Source: Bacteroidota bacterium (lineage in GTDB: Bacteria > Bacteroidota > Bacteroidia > AKYH767-A > OLB10). From it: a stretch of 64,000 bases of DNA. Position 1 is the first letter of the stretch. The number at the start of each line of letters is the position of its first letter. The position numbers were made by a program, and so were the translations under genes. The notes below the pieces were generated by a model. It had not been told where the DNA came from and did no database searches. It was given only the letters and a program-made list of their open reading frames with translations. Of this stretch, positions 33,661-45,534 are shown in pieces. The stretch lies in contig JADKJB010000016.1 of the NCBI GenBank assembly GCA_016722525.1, forward strand, positions 25,277 to 89,276, written 5' to 3'.

Positions 33661-34056
33661 ATGAAATTATCCTTTGTTACGCTGCTGCTATTTGTATATA
33701 CGCTTACTGCTTGTGGTCAACCTGCTTCTAAACAAGAAGGACAAATAGCTAAAGATATCTCTGTATTGGAATTCAATAGACTATTAAAATCAAAGCCGGG
33801 GCAATTAATTGATGTACGAACAGCCGGTGAAGTTTCAAAAGGAGCTATTGAAGGTTCAACCAATATCGATTTGTTTGATGAAAATTTTGAATCAAAAATT
33901 GATAAACTTGACAAAAACAAACCCGTATATGTGTATTGTGCATCAGGTGGACGCAGTGGTGAGGCTATGGAGATGATGACTAAAAAAGGGTTTAAGGAGG
34001 TGTATAATTTGGATGGTGGCTATAGCGCCTGGAAAAAAGCATCAGAAAAACAATAA
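33661..34056 (+). CDS. Rhodanese-domain lipoprotein
   Basis: Start at MKLSFVTLLLFVYTLTAC (lipobox). Active-site loop VYCASGGRSG. Confidence 0.8.
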   Translation: MKLSFVTLLLFVYTLTACGQPASKQEGQIAKDISVLEFNRLLKSKPGQLIDVRTAGEVSKGAIEGSTNIDLFDENFESKIDKLDKNKPVYVYCASGGRSGEAMEMMTKKGFKEVYNLDGGYSAWKKASEKQ

Positions 34057-34065
34057 TTTGATTTT

Positions 34066-34521
34066 ATGATCAAAGCAAAAGACTTTTTGCTGGTCACCAT
34101 TCAGTTTTTGTTATTGATTGCTTTTGGATTGATGCCTCCGGGATTCGGGGCTCCTTTTCTTCTGCCTTTCCTAGATTTCAGTTTAACAGTTTCAGGTATA
34201 CTGGTGCTGGGATTTGCTTTTTTAAAATTGAGTTCTAATCTCACCCCTTTCCCTACTCCCAAACAAAAAGGCACACTGGAAATTAATGGAATTTATAAAT
34301 ATATACGTCATCCTATTTATACGGGAATTCTCCTTACAGCATTAGGAATAGCACTCTATTCGGCCAGTTATGGAAGATTAATAATTACTGCTTTGCTTTA
34401 TTTCCTTTTTTTATACAAATCGAAATATGAAGAAATGATGCTTTTAGAAAAGTTCGAAGATTATGCCGATTACAAAAAAAGGACAGGAAGATTCTTTCCT
34501 CGATGGGTGTTTAATAAATAA
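34066..34521 (+). CDS. ICMT/PEMT-type membrane methyltransferase
   Basis: Four hydrophobic helices and the family motif GIYKYIRHPIYTG. Confidence 0.7.
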   Translation: MIKAKDFLLVTIQFLLLIAFGLMPPGFGAPFLLPFLDFSLTVSGILVLGFAFLKLSSNLTPFPTPKQKGTLEINGIYKYIRHPIYTGILLTALGIALYSASYGRLIITALLYFLFLYKSKYEEMMLLEKFEDYADYKKRTGRFFPRWVFNK

Positions 34522-34643
34522 GATGGTGTAATTTCTGCTTGAATTACTTGTTGTGGCCACTGATCAATGTAGCCACCAAAAAGCAGCCCATTGCAAATTA
34601 TTTGTATTATTGTCAAACATTTCAATTAAATAAAACTACTAGT

Positions 34644-35171
34644 ATGCAAAACGAATTTGGGGTAGTGGTACCTGACTGGTACAAAGGTTATGTGGCAGCT
34701 TTGGATGGTGCCGATTTTATAGAAGTGCTAAAAAAGCAAAGGGATGCTACACCTGAATTCATGAATAAAATAAATGCCGAACTTTGGGATTTTGCTTATG
34801 CTCCAGGTAAATGGACAATCAAAGAAGTACTCATGCATCTGATCGATTGCGAACGCATTTTTTGTTATCGTGCCTTATGTTTTGCCCGTGGTGACAAATC
34901 AGAATTACCGGGCTTCGATGAAAATAGCTATGCTGTAAACAGTGGATGTAAAAACAGAACAGCTGATTCGATACAAAGAGAATATGTAGCATTGAGAAAT
35001 TCAACCCTGGAATTATTCAGCAATTTTGATCAGGAAATGCTGTACCAAACAGGCACAGCAAATGGGAAGTTGTTTTCTGTTAAGTTATCGGGAGTGATTA
35101 TTGCCGGACATGAAAAACACCACATAAACATCATAAAAGAACGATATCTATCTTCAGAAAAAAGTATCTAA
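34644..35171 (+). CDS. DinB-family protein
   Basis: Start at MQNEFGVV. His-triad pattern (HLIDCERIF ... GHEKHH) typical of DinB_2 four-helix bundles. Confidence 0.7.
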   Translation: MQNEFGVVVPDWYKGYVAALDGADFIEVLKKQRDATPEFMNKINAELWDFAYAPGKWTIKEVLMHLIDCERIFCYRALCFARGDKSELPGFDENSYAVNSGCKNRTADSIQREYVALRNSTLELFSNFDQEMLYQTGTANGKLFSVKLSGVIIAGHEKHHINIIKERYLSSEKSI

Positions 35172-35286
35172 CGGAAAGACTTAAATAATTTTCTTATCTT
35201 AAGTCCTATTTATAGTTCATTTGAAAACGAAGTGAATGGTCACAATAATTCCCTTCACTTATTGAAATTTCTTTAGAATCCGGTTT

Positions 35287-37104
35287 TTAGATTTTCTCAG
35301 GTAAAGTATAGTTGCGGCCTTTATTTTGCTCTTTAAGGTATTTCATGAGCGGACTAAAATAATCAAGCATAGCTTTTGCACTCATTTCACTTCCAAGATG
35401 TTTCTTTAGATGGGTTCTCCAATCCTCAGTCGCACCTGTTTCCATCAATGATTTAAGAAAATCACCTGTAGCTTTACTGCCCCAATAATTGGTGTTATGA
35501 GAATCCTGCTTCAAAATTTTATCGGAAATATGTTTATGAAACATAAACAGCAATACATTTGAAATAGAATAATCATAATACTGAGCAGGATCGTTTACGA
35601 TGTGGGTTTTTGTAGCAGCATCGCAATACTTATCATCACGGTTGGAAGGCGGAACAATGCCTTGATATTTTTTTACCAGGCTCCACCATTCCTGATTCAT
35701 TAAATCAGGAGATAGGTTTTTTGCATATAACTCATTCTCAAAATGAGTCATAACTCCGGCACCCCATGGAATGTGCACAATATAATCCAATGCTTCGCGC
35801 ATCAGTAATTGAGCTTCATCCACTTTTGCATTTTTATCTACCATTCCTCTTCCTTGTAAAAAAGATTTTTGTAACGAAGCCAACCCTATCAAACTTCCCA
35901 TTGCTTCATGATATCCTCTGTTAGCACCATTTCTAAGTATAAGAGGGATTTGAGGAGTGGAATAGGTGGAATAATAATAAATATGTCCTAACTCGTGTAA
36001 AACAGTCCCCCACCACTCTGTATTGGGTTCTACACTCATTAACGAACGTACATCCTTATCGTAATCCATGTGCCAGGCCGATGCGTGGTTATTTTTTTTA
36101 TAGCCGGCATCAGCATCAACAGGGTAAAGACTTGATTTAACATAAAATGTTTCTGGGAGTTGAGGGAAACCTAAAGAGATATAAAACTCTTCACCTTGTT
36201 TAACAATAAACTCTGGACCTTTTTCTTTCAGATAGCCATCAATATTAAGCCCTTCAACATCCACTAAAGCGGTCCAATCTTGCCCCCATCTGTTAGGTAG
36301 CCAATGAGCAGGCAAAAATTCGGAACTTCTTCATTATATTTTTCGCCAAAGTATATCTGGCCCAAGTATGCAATTCGCGATACAATGGCCAAATATCAGA
36401 AATCATTGTTTGCACAATTGTATCATTTCATCACTTTTCATTCCATAATCAGAAACCTGGTAAGCAAAATAATTTTCAAATCCCAATTTCTCCACAGAGG
36501 CATTACGGAGATCGCGAAGTTGAACAACACCCTCTTTTAAATCAACACCTACTTCTTTAGAAGCACTCCAAACCTTTAACCTCTGTTCAGTTTTGGTATA
36601 CAGTTTCAAATTTTCATCAATTTGATTAGCAGAAATGGGAACTCCTTCAATGTTATATTTGAAACCAAAAAGTTTTTCTGTTTGCTCGGCCTCTAATGCT
36701 ATTTTCTTCGAAATAATATCCCCTGCTGATTCAGGGTTTGCTCCCGCAGCATAAAGAATGAATTCAAGCTGTTTAACTTCAATGGGAGCCAATTGATCTT
36801 TGATAGCTAAAAATCCACGAGCTCGTTGAATGTTTTCATTACTGCCGGTAAAGCGAGCGAAATCCGCATTGGCTATTTTGGCCATGTCTGCATTTTTAGT
36901 ATCCCCATCAACAATGTGTGTGTTCAGTTCCCATTCAGCATCATTTGAAAGTATGAGCAATTTCTGGTATTCGATGTTATAATTTTTAAGAAATTCTGTC
37001 ACTTCCGGATTGGTAGTACTATTCAAAACAGTAGGAGAATTTTTCCAACTAAGGGTTAACAAAAGAATAAAGAAGGAACTTAATGCAACAAGAATGGTTT
37101 TCAT
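35287..37104 (-). CDS. Peptidase M2 (angiotensin-converting-enzyme-like peptidyl-dipeptidase; one frameshift ~36315-36400)
   Basis: LHELGHIYYYSTYSTPQIPLILRNGANRGYHEAMGSLIGLAS closely parallels the ACE HEMGH...GANPGFHEAIGD zinc site. N-terminal signal peptide. Confidence 0.82.
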
Positions 37105-37266
37105 GGTATATGTTTTAAAAAGATAAAAATACCAATTTAATGCATGATAAATCCATTCATATACTAATTTAACCGATACCCTAAATATGTGACAGGTGCT
37201 CTATTTATTTATAAATAGTGGTCATAAACAGCTCTCCAAATACCCGCTAAAACACCCATTTTTAGG

Positions 37267-37274
37267 TACATTTG
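37267..37274 (+). promoter_or_regulatory. -7 promoter box TACATTTG (prfC)
   Basis: TAnnTTTG, 41 nt upstream of the ATG at 37315. Confidence 0.45.
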
Positions 37275-37314
37275 CACTCCTGTTTTAACCCTATTAAACA
37301 CAATTCCCTTTTAA

Positions 37315-38897
37315 ATGCCATTTACGAAAGAAATAAAAAAACGACGCACCTTTGCTATTATCAGTCACCCGGATGCCGGAAAAACAACATTAACTGAAAA
37401 ATTCTTGCTTTTTGGAGGTGCAATTCAAGTTGCAGGTGCCGTAAAATCTAACAAGATTAAGAAAACTGCCACTTCTGACTTTATGGAAATAGAGAAACAA
37501 AGGGGTATCTCGGTGGCTACCTCAGTCATGAATTTTGAATACAAAGGTTTGAACATCAATTTACTTGATACTCCTGGACACAAAGATTTTGCTGAAGATA
37601 CTTACAGAACTCTGACAGCAGTAGATAGTGTTATTCTGGTAGTGGATTGTGTAAAAGGCGTTGAAGAGCAAACAGAAAAATTGATGGGTGTTTGTAGAAT
37701 GAGAAATACACCGGTTATTGTTTTTGTAAACAAACTAGATAGAGAAGGCAAAAATCCTTTCGATTTATTGGATGAAATCGAAGAGAAGTTGAACATTAAA
37801 GTGAGACCTTTAAGCTGGCCTATCAGTATGGGTTCCACATTCAAAGGCGTTTATAATATTTATAACAAGAGTCTGATGCTTTTTTCACCTAACAAAAAGG
37901 CAACTGATGAGGATGTACTTCGATGAAAAATTCAGAAGATCCTATTCTTGAAGAAAAAGTAGGCAAATATGCGAAACAACTACACGAAGATATCCATCTG
38001 ATTGATGGCGTATATGATCCATTTAATCGTGAAAAATATTTGGCCGGAGAAGTAGCACCTGTGTTTTTTGGAAGTGCTATTAACAACTTTGGTGTAAAGG
38101 AATTACTTGACACATTTACCGAAATTGCCCCTCCTCCCGGCGACCGCCCTGCTGTTTCCAGAATTGTTCATCCCAATGAAAAGCCATTTTCAGGATTTGT
38201 ATTTAAAATACATGCTAATCTCGATCCCAAACACCGCGACAGAATTGCCTTTTTAAGAATATGCTCAGGGAAATTTGAAAGAGGGAAATTTTTTCACCAT
38301 GTAAGACTCAACAAAGATCTACGATTCAACAGTCCTGCTCAATTTATGGCTCAGGCAAAAAGCATTATTGATTAAGCTTACCCGGGCGATGTTATTGGAT
38401 TATACGATACCGGTAATTTTAAAATTGGCGATACTTTAACTGAAGGGGAAGAATTAGCTTTCAAAGGAATTCCCAGATTTTCTCCCGAAATTTTTAAGGA
38501 ACTGATCAACACCGATCCAATGAAAAGCAAACAGCTCGACAAAGGAATTATGCAATTGACCGATGAGGGAGTTGCACAGTTATTTCTTCAACATGGTGGA
38601 TCAAAAAAAGTGATTGGAACAGTTGGTGAACTCCAGTTTGAGGTTATTCAACACAGGCTTTTAAATGAGTATGGTGCCTCCTGTAAGTTTGTGCCTCTTT
38701 CCGTTTATAAAGCTTGTTGGCTTACCTCCGATGATAAAGTTAAACTGGAAGAGTTTACCAGATTTAAATCAGGTCAAATTGCGTTCGACAAAGATCAGAA
38801 TGTGGTTTACTTTGCCGATTCGCAATGGATGCTGGATCAGATGATCAAAAATAATCCGGAAATTGAGTTTCACTTTTTATCGGACACAGTTAAATAG
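37315..38897 (+). CDS. prfC: Peptide chain release factor 3 (at least 2 frameshifts)
   Basis: G-domain motifs [29 protein letters not shown]. Three collinear ORFs plus a 38376-38519 segment readable in another frame. Confidence 0.92.
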
Positions 38898-38975
38898 TAA
38901 CAAGTGCAAAGTGACAAGTGCAAAGTAAAAAGTAACTAGTAATCTATGACAAGTTGACTAGTGACCAGTGACAAG
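38896..38975. repeat. Degenerate 7-nt tandem repeat (AGTRNMA)n
   Basis: AGTAACA AGTGCAA AGTGACA AGTGCAA AGTAAAA AGTAACT AGTAATC TATGACA AGTTGAC TAGTGAC CAGTGAC, overlapping the prfC stop codon by 2 nt. Related GTGACAAGT/ACTAGTGA words recur at 39001-39045. Confidence 0.7.
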
Positions 38976-39164
38976 CCTGCCCGGATCCGAAGGAGACGGG
39001 TGACAAGTATCAAGTTCTCAGTTTTCAGTGACTAGTGAACCAGTACATAAACAAAATGATCAGAGATCATAAATGTTTTTTTTTACCCTTCATCAATTTC
39101 AGAGATTAGAGGATTATTGACATTGATTTTGTATTTTTCGATGAAATTTTAAGTCTAAAACAAA

Positions 39165-39608
39165 ATGATTGCATACAATAAAACCATCATTGTTTCTATT
39201 CTCCTATTATTTTCCCTTCACCAAAATATTTCAGCACAAACCGTGGCGGCTGCTGCCAAAACTACTAAAGGATGGGGCTATATTAAACTAGATCAAACCT
39301 GGATTATTGAACCTTATTATGACAGGTTTTGCAGGATGGAGAATGTTATTGCTGAAGATAAAGGCGAATCCGTTTTGTGTGAATATCATGAAGGACTTGC
39401 AAGTTTTCGGAGAGGTTAAAGGTGGGGATTCTTTGATGAAAAAGGAAAGATGGCAATTAAAAATACTTTTCATGAAGTCCGGGACTTTCATGATTCAGTT
39501 GCAGCAGTTAAAACAAAAGGCAAATGGGGTTATTTTGATACAAATGGAAATATCATTATAACTCCTCAATTTGAAAACTGCCTGAATTTTACTTTAATTG
39601 GTAAATAA
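39165..39608 (+). CDS. WG-repeat (KWG) protein with an in-frame TAA at 39417-39419
   Basis: Signal peptide, then repeats KGWGYIKLD, (stop)RWGFFDEKGKMAIKNTF, KGKWGYFDTNGNIIITPQFENC. The same frame runs on both sides of the stop. Confidence 0.65.
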
Positions 39609-39617
39609 AAAAGTAAA

Positions 39618-40487
39618 TTATTTTTCTTTCCTATGCTTCCACCTTCTGTGGGTCCACAACCAATACTGAGGAGCTTTTAAAATTTGTTGCTCCAAAATAC
39701 GTGTTGTTTTTTCAGTAATAGCACCGTAGGGAGAATATACCGGGTCATTTTCTACAACAGTAAAATTCAAAGTATAGTAACCTCTTTTCACTTTATCAAT
39801 AGATCCAAACAAAACAGGGTAATTGTAATCCTTAGCATATTTTTCTGTACCAAAAAGAACAGCAGTGTCCTGGTTAAGGAAAGTTGTCCAGTAATTATTT
39901 TCCGATTTTCTGGGTGACTGATCGTTAGCGAATATGGTTGCGGTTAGTTGATGTTTATATTCTTCAAAATTTCCTTCACTCTTGGTACTAATCATCATCA
40001 AGCCATAACGACTTCTGGTAGAACGCATTTTTTCATCAAAAAACTTATTGGCCAGTGTTTTATATATAGCAATAGACTGATGTTTAATTTGCTGATCAAG
40101 GGCAATGGCAATCCATTCCCAGTTGTTATAATGTCCCCCGGAAAGGATAATACTCTTACCCTGATCATAATAACTGTTTAACAACTCTGGATTTTTCAAC
40201 ACCATTCGTTTCAGAATTTCTTCTTCCGATACAGTAAAAGACTTTAGACTTTCCACAACTAAATCGCAGAAATGATGATAAAAAAGGCGTGCAATTCTAT
40301 TAATTTCCTCTTCAGATTTTTCCGGAAAGGAGTTCCTCAAATTGGTAAAAACAACTTTTTTTCGATAACCAAAAATTACATAAATAAAAAAATATAAAAA
40401 ATCTGAAAAAGCATACAACATAGGAAAAGGCAAAAATGAAATCGGAATGATAACCAGGTAATAGAGTAAATAAATTAAGATAATCAT
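39618..40487 (-). CDS. Lipid A biosynthesis (LpxL/HtrB-type) lysophospholipid acyltransferase family protein
   Basis: Intact 289-aa ORF with an N-terminal TM anchor and a GGHYNNWEW-type HX4-like region. Confidence 0.7.
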   Translation of the reverse strand: MIILIYLLYYLVIIPISFLPFPMLYAFSDFLYFFIYVIFGYRKKVVFTNLRNSFPEKSEEEINRIARLFYHHFCDLVVESLKSFTVSEEEILKRMVLKNPELLNSYYDQGKSIILSGGHYNNWEWIAIALDQQIKHQSIAIYKTLANKFFDEKMRSTRSRYGLMMISTKSEGNFEEYKHQLTATIFANDQSPRKSENNYWTTFLNQDTAVLFGTEKYAKDYNYPVLFGSIDKVKRGYYTLNFTVVENDPVYSPYGAITEKTTRILEQQILKAPQYWLWTHRRWKHRKEK

Positions 40488-40595
40488 CGGGTTTTTTTTC
40501 AGTGCATGAATCTTAACACAAAGAAATTACTTTTGAATGAAAATAAAACAGCGCCATTACATCAGGACGCTTGATTATGGAACTTTATTTAAAGG

Positions 40596-42654
40596 TTACC
40601 AGATAGCAGCTCTTTGTTTTCCTCACGATACATAGGATCACCAGGTTTAACATTAAACGCCTTATAGAATTCCGCATATTACTCACCACACCATTGCAAC
40701 GGTAATTTGTTGGAGAATGAGGGTCGGTGATAATTCTTTGCGCAGCAGCTTCAGGTCTTATAGTACTTCTCCACACTGTTCCGAATCCCATGAAAAACCT
40801 TGCTCCGCAGTGAAGCCATCAATTTTAGCAGGCACCGGTTTACCTTCCATAGATTTTTGAAATGCATAATAGGCTATTGTAAGACCACCAAGATCTGCTA
40901 TGTTTTCGCCAAGGGTAATTGGCCATTTACACGAAGCGAATCGTTTACTACAAAACTGTTATATTGATCGACTAATAAATTTGCCTTAGACATACCTGGA
41001 TGAATCAGCTGCAGTCCACCAGCTTTTTAAGATTGCCTTCAGAGTCAAACTGCCGTCCTTCATCATCAAAACCATGAGTCATTTCATGACCAATTACAGC
41101 ACCAATGCCACCGTAGTTAACGGCATCGTCCGCATTAGGGTTAAAAAAAGGAGGTTGAAGAATGCCTGCAGGGAAAACTATTTCATTCATTGATGGATTA
41201 TAATAGGCATTCACAGTTGGTGGAGAAATACCCCATTCAGTTCGATCCACCGGTTTACCTATTTTAGTTATCATTCTATTAAATTCAAATTCCGATGCAC
41301 GAACAGCATTAGTATAATAGGAATCACGACTAATTTGAAGTGCTGTATAGTCGCGCCATTTATCGGGATAACCAATTTTTTTCATGATTGTACTTAGCTT
41401 CAATTGAGCTTGCTCTTTAGTTGCATCGCTCATCCACGCCAACTTCTGGATACGGTCCTTAAATGCTAATCCAAGATTGTCAACTAATTCCATCATTCGC
41501 TTCTTGGTTGCAGGAGTAAATGCTTTTTCACAATAGACTTCTCCTAAAGCTTCACCCATTTTATTATCGATAGTTTCCTGTACCAGTTTCCATCTTTCTT
41601 TCATTTGTTTGGTACCGGTGAGTACACCTTGGCGGAAACGAAAATCTTCCCTACTGAAAGAGCTACTTAGCATAGGTGCTGCTTCCCGAACAACTCGCCA
41701 TTTTAAATAACTTTTCCAGTTATCAATTGAATACTGGCCAATCATCACATTTAGTTCCGTAAAAAATGCCGGATTATTTGTCACTAATTCCATCTGATTA
41801 ACAATTCCCAGTTTTGCTAAGTGATTCTTCCATTTAATGGCAGGAGCCAATTTATCCATTTCTTCAATAGATTTGAGATTGTATGTTTTCTCTGGATTTC
41901 TCATTTCTACCCTGCTCATGGATACTTTTGCGAAACGGGTTTCCATTTCCAATATTTTATCAGCTTGTTGAGCTGCCAAAGTTGGATCCTCTCCTATCAG
42001 AACCAACATTTTGGCAATATGCTTTACGAACTCAGCTCTTATTTCACTGGAACGGCTGTCGTCTTTAATATAATAATCACGATCGGGCAAACTAGTTCCT
42101 CCTTGATTTACATAAGCGATTACCCTCGAACTATTTTTCAAATCTTGTTCAGCAAATACATTGAACATGGCAAAATTGAAACGTGACTGCAAGTGAGCTA
42201 CAAAATCAAGGACCTGGCTGGATTCTTTCAAATTGCTAATTGCTTTCAAATCTTGCATTATGGGATTATATCCCTGTTGTTCCAGTTTTAGTGAATCCAT
42301 ACCAGAGGCATAAAAATCACCAATTTTACGACGATTACTGCCTTGAGCAGCTCTTGTATCAGCTGCAGCTGAAATTAAAACCTCTTTAAGAATTGCAAAA
42401 TTAGATTCGCGCACTTCATTAAAGCTTGCCCAACGACTCTCAGAGGGAGGAACAGGGTTGTTTTTAATCCAATTTCCATTCACAAAAGCAAAAAAATCAA
42501 CTGCCGGATTGATAGTAGTATCCAAATCAGAAAGCAAAATACCGGTATTTTTTATCGCCTTTTCAGTTGTTGGTTGATTTTTAAAGGATAAAAAACCAGT
42601 TAGCAGCACAGCTGATGTAGCAACAACAAGTGCCTTAGGAATAAATGTACTCAT
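40596..42654 (-). CDS. M13 family metallopeptidase (PepO/endothelin-converting-enzyme-like; at least 2 frameshifts in the C-terminal third)
   Basis: HEMTHGFDDEG zinc motif. The C-terminal end QRAAIW-stop (40596-40598) is readable only after frame correction. Confidence 0.9.
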
Positions 42655-42763
42655 GAAATTATGGTATTAGTAGTTAATTCAACGAAATTGGGAAATACTT
42701 TTAATAAAACAACTACCACCACATGGAAATGCAGGCAGAATTTATTTCAATAATCTATAAAAA

Positions 42764-43897
42764 TCATGCTTTTTGAAGACAAAATTCTTTCAGTTTAAGA
42801 ATGCAATAATCTATCTCTTCTTTAGTGTTGAATCTCGAAAAAGAAAATCGCACAGCTGGCCTTTCTGGGTCAGTTTTCATAGCACTCAGCACATGCGAAC
42901 CAACACTGCTACCACTGGAACAAGCGCTTCCACCGGAGGCCGCAATTCCGGCAATATCAAGATTAAACAACATCATTTCAGCCATATCAGAAGGAGGCAA
43001 AGAAACATTCAATACAGTAAAAAGATTGCCATCTGATACATCGCCATTAAACTCTACTCCTGGAATCTCTTCCTTTAAACGAGTGGCCATATATTTTTTC
43101 AATTCTGTTATCTGCGCTGTATCATGATCCAAATCGCGATAAGCAATTTCAAGTGCTTTTGCTAATCCTATGATTCCATACACATTTTCAGTTCCGCCTC
43201 TCATATTTCTCTCTTGGGCCCCTCCTGTAATAAAAGGATGAATTTTTATTCGCTTATTGATGTACAGGAACCCGACACCTTTAGGACCATGAAATTTATG
43301 TGCGGCACAAGTAATAAAATCAACCGGTAAGGTGGAAAGATCATAGTGCATGTGAGCCATTGTTTGTACGGTGTCGGAATGGAAGACTGCATTATACTTT
43401 CTGCAAAGCTCCCCTACCTTTTCTATGGGAGTTAATGTGCCTGTTTCATTATTGGCATGCATCAATGAAACGAATGAGCCCGGATGCTCCTGTAACAACT
43501 TTTCAAGATGAACTAAATCGATATGCCCTTGCTTATCGATATGGACCATACTTAATCCAATGGTACCTTTATTTTGAGTTCTTCAAGCGTATGGGTAACA
43601 GCATGGTGTTCGATTTCAGAACTACGGCATGAGTGATTTTGAGATCACTGATGCCAACAACGAATGGCTGTATTATTGGCTTCCGGTACCACCGGAAGTA
43701 AAAAAAATCTCAGCTGGAGAAACGTTTAGCAATTTAGCAACTGTTTTCCTGGCCGCTTCAATCAAAGATCTTGTTTCTCTACCGAATGAATGAATTGAAG
43801 AAGGGTTTCCATACTGATTTTCAAGCACAGGGATCATTGCCTGCAGGACTTCAGGATGGATTCTTGTGGTTGCTGCGTTGTCGAGATATATTTTCAT
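42764..43897 (-). CDS. Cysteine desulfurase (IscS/NifS-like; frameshifts ~43550-43670)
   Basis: MKIYLDNAATT, PLP-lysine motif HKFHGPKGVGFLY, active-site SGGSACSSG. Confidence 0.85.
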
Positions 43898-43901
43898 AGA
43901 A

Positions 43902-45308
43902 TTAGGCCTTAACCATTGACTGACTGATAATATCCTTTATATCACTAATTATTTTTTCAGCAAGATTTTGTGCTGTTGTTGCCGATTGACTTTCAGAGTA
44001 AATTCGAATAATTGGTTCAGTATTCGATTTCCTGAGGTGTACCCATTCGTTATCAAATTCAATTTTAACTCCATCAATGTCGTTCACCGGTTGCTTTTTA
44101 TATTTTTCCTTTATAGCCAGCAAAATTTTATCTACATCTATTTCAGGGGTCAGTTCAATTTTGTTTTTTGAGATATGGTAATCCGGGTATTTAGCTCTTA
44201 GCATGGATGCTGATTTTCCAAATTTAGCCAAATGAGTAAGAAAAAGAGCGATACCGGCTAGTGCATCTCTTCCATAGTGCAAATCAGGAACTATCACGCC
44301 ACCATTTCCTTCGCCACCGATCACTGCATTGCGGATTTTCATCATATCAACCACATTCACTTCGCCAACTGCAGATGCAAAATATTTTCCTCCTGCAGCT
44401 TCAGTAACATCGCGCAAAGCACGTGTTGAAGATAAATTTGAAACGGTATTGCCTTTTTTATTTTGTAAGATATAATCTGCAACAGCTACCAAAGTATATT
44501 CTTCTCCAAACATTTCTCCATCTTCACAAACCAAGGCAAGACGATCAACATCAGGATCCACAACAATTCCCAAAACAGCCTTTTTCTTAACTACCTGCTT
44601 TGAAATTTCAGTAAGGTGTTCCGGTAAAGGCTCAGGATTATGTGGAAACAGACCTGTAGGTTCGTCATAAATTTCTATAATATTGGTGAACTCCTAAGGC
44701 TCTTAATAATTGCGGAACAGCGATTCCTCCGTTGCTGTTCACGCCATCCACTGCGATCCTGAAATTGCATTTACCAATAGCATCAACGTCAACGCGTGGC
44801 ATGGCTAATATGGCATCAATATGTTTTTGCAGCGCATCAGTATCAGGTATAACAACACCTAGCTTACTTACTTCTTTGAACTCAACTTTTCCAGCATCAG
44901 CGATCCGAAGTATTTGCTCACCATCAGCAGCGCTTAAAAACTCACCTTTCTGATTCAGTAATTTAAGAGCATTCCATTGTTTTGGATTATGGCTGGCAGT
45001 GAGAAATTATGCCACCATGTGCCTTATGGAAAACAACTGCCATTTCAACTGTTGGTCGTAGAAAGGCCAACATCAATAATATCTATCCCCATTCCCATAA
45101 GAGTACCCGTCACCAGGTGGGCCATTGGACCTGAAATACGGGCATCGCGGCCAAGAACTACCTTTTTGGGTTCATTAGAGGGGGTATTGTTATTGATCCA
45201 GGCACCATAGGCAGCGGTAAATTTAACGATATCAAAAGGTGTAAGACCTTCACCAACAGGACCGCCTATGGTTCCTCGGATGCCTGAAATAGATTTAATT
45301 AGTGTCAA
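43902..45308 (-). CDS. glmM: Phosphoglucosamine mutase (at least 3 frameshifts)
   Basis: N-terminal (M)TLIKSISGIRGTIGG with a TTG start at 45308. The TASHNP phosphoserine loop is readable at ~44985-45002. The C-terminal domain is intact. Confidence 0.82.
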
Positions 45309-45498
45309 GGGAGGGGATTTAAAATAAAGATGCAAAGATACAATTTTGCCTGCTTTCCTTTGAAATTAACCCTTTTAAAGATATTAACCGCTGCAATAAT
45401 TAATTTTCAGCATGTTAGATAATTTGGTTAAAATTGTAAGAAATAGAAAAATCGAACAAAAAAGATACTAAAGGGTTTCTTTGTATGGTGAAAAAGAC

Positions 45499-45506
45499 TA
45501 TTTTTG
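45499..45506 (+). promoter_or_regulatory. -7 promoter box TATTTTTG (TPR-ribH operon)
   Basis: TAnnTTTG, 29 nt upstream of the ATG at 45535. Confidence 0.45.
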
Positions 45507-45534
45507 CACCTCTAAAATTAAAACTAAACTTTCC

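Noticed and set aside
37315-38897. Programmed frameshift in the release-factor gene
   Set aside because: The autoregulatory +1 frameshift is a property of prfB (RF2), not prfC. Here the breaks resemble the random indels seen in every other long gene.
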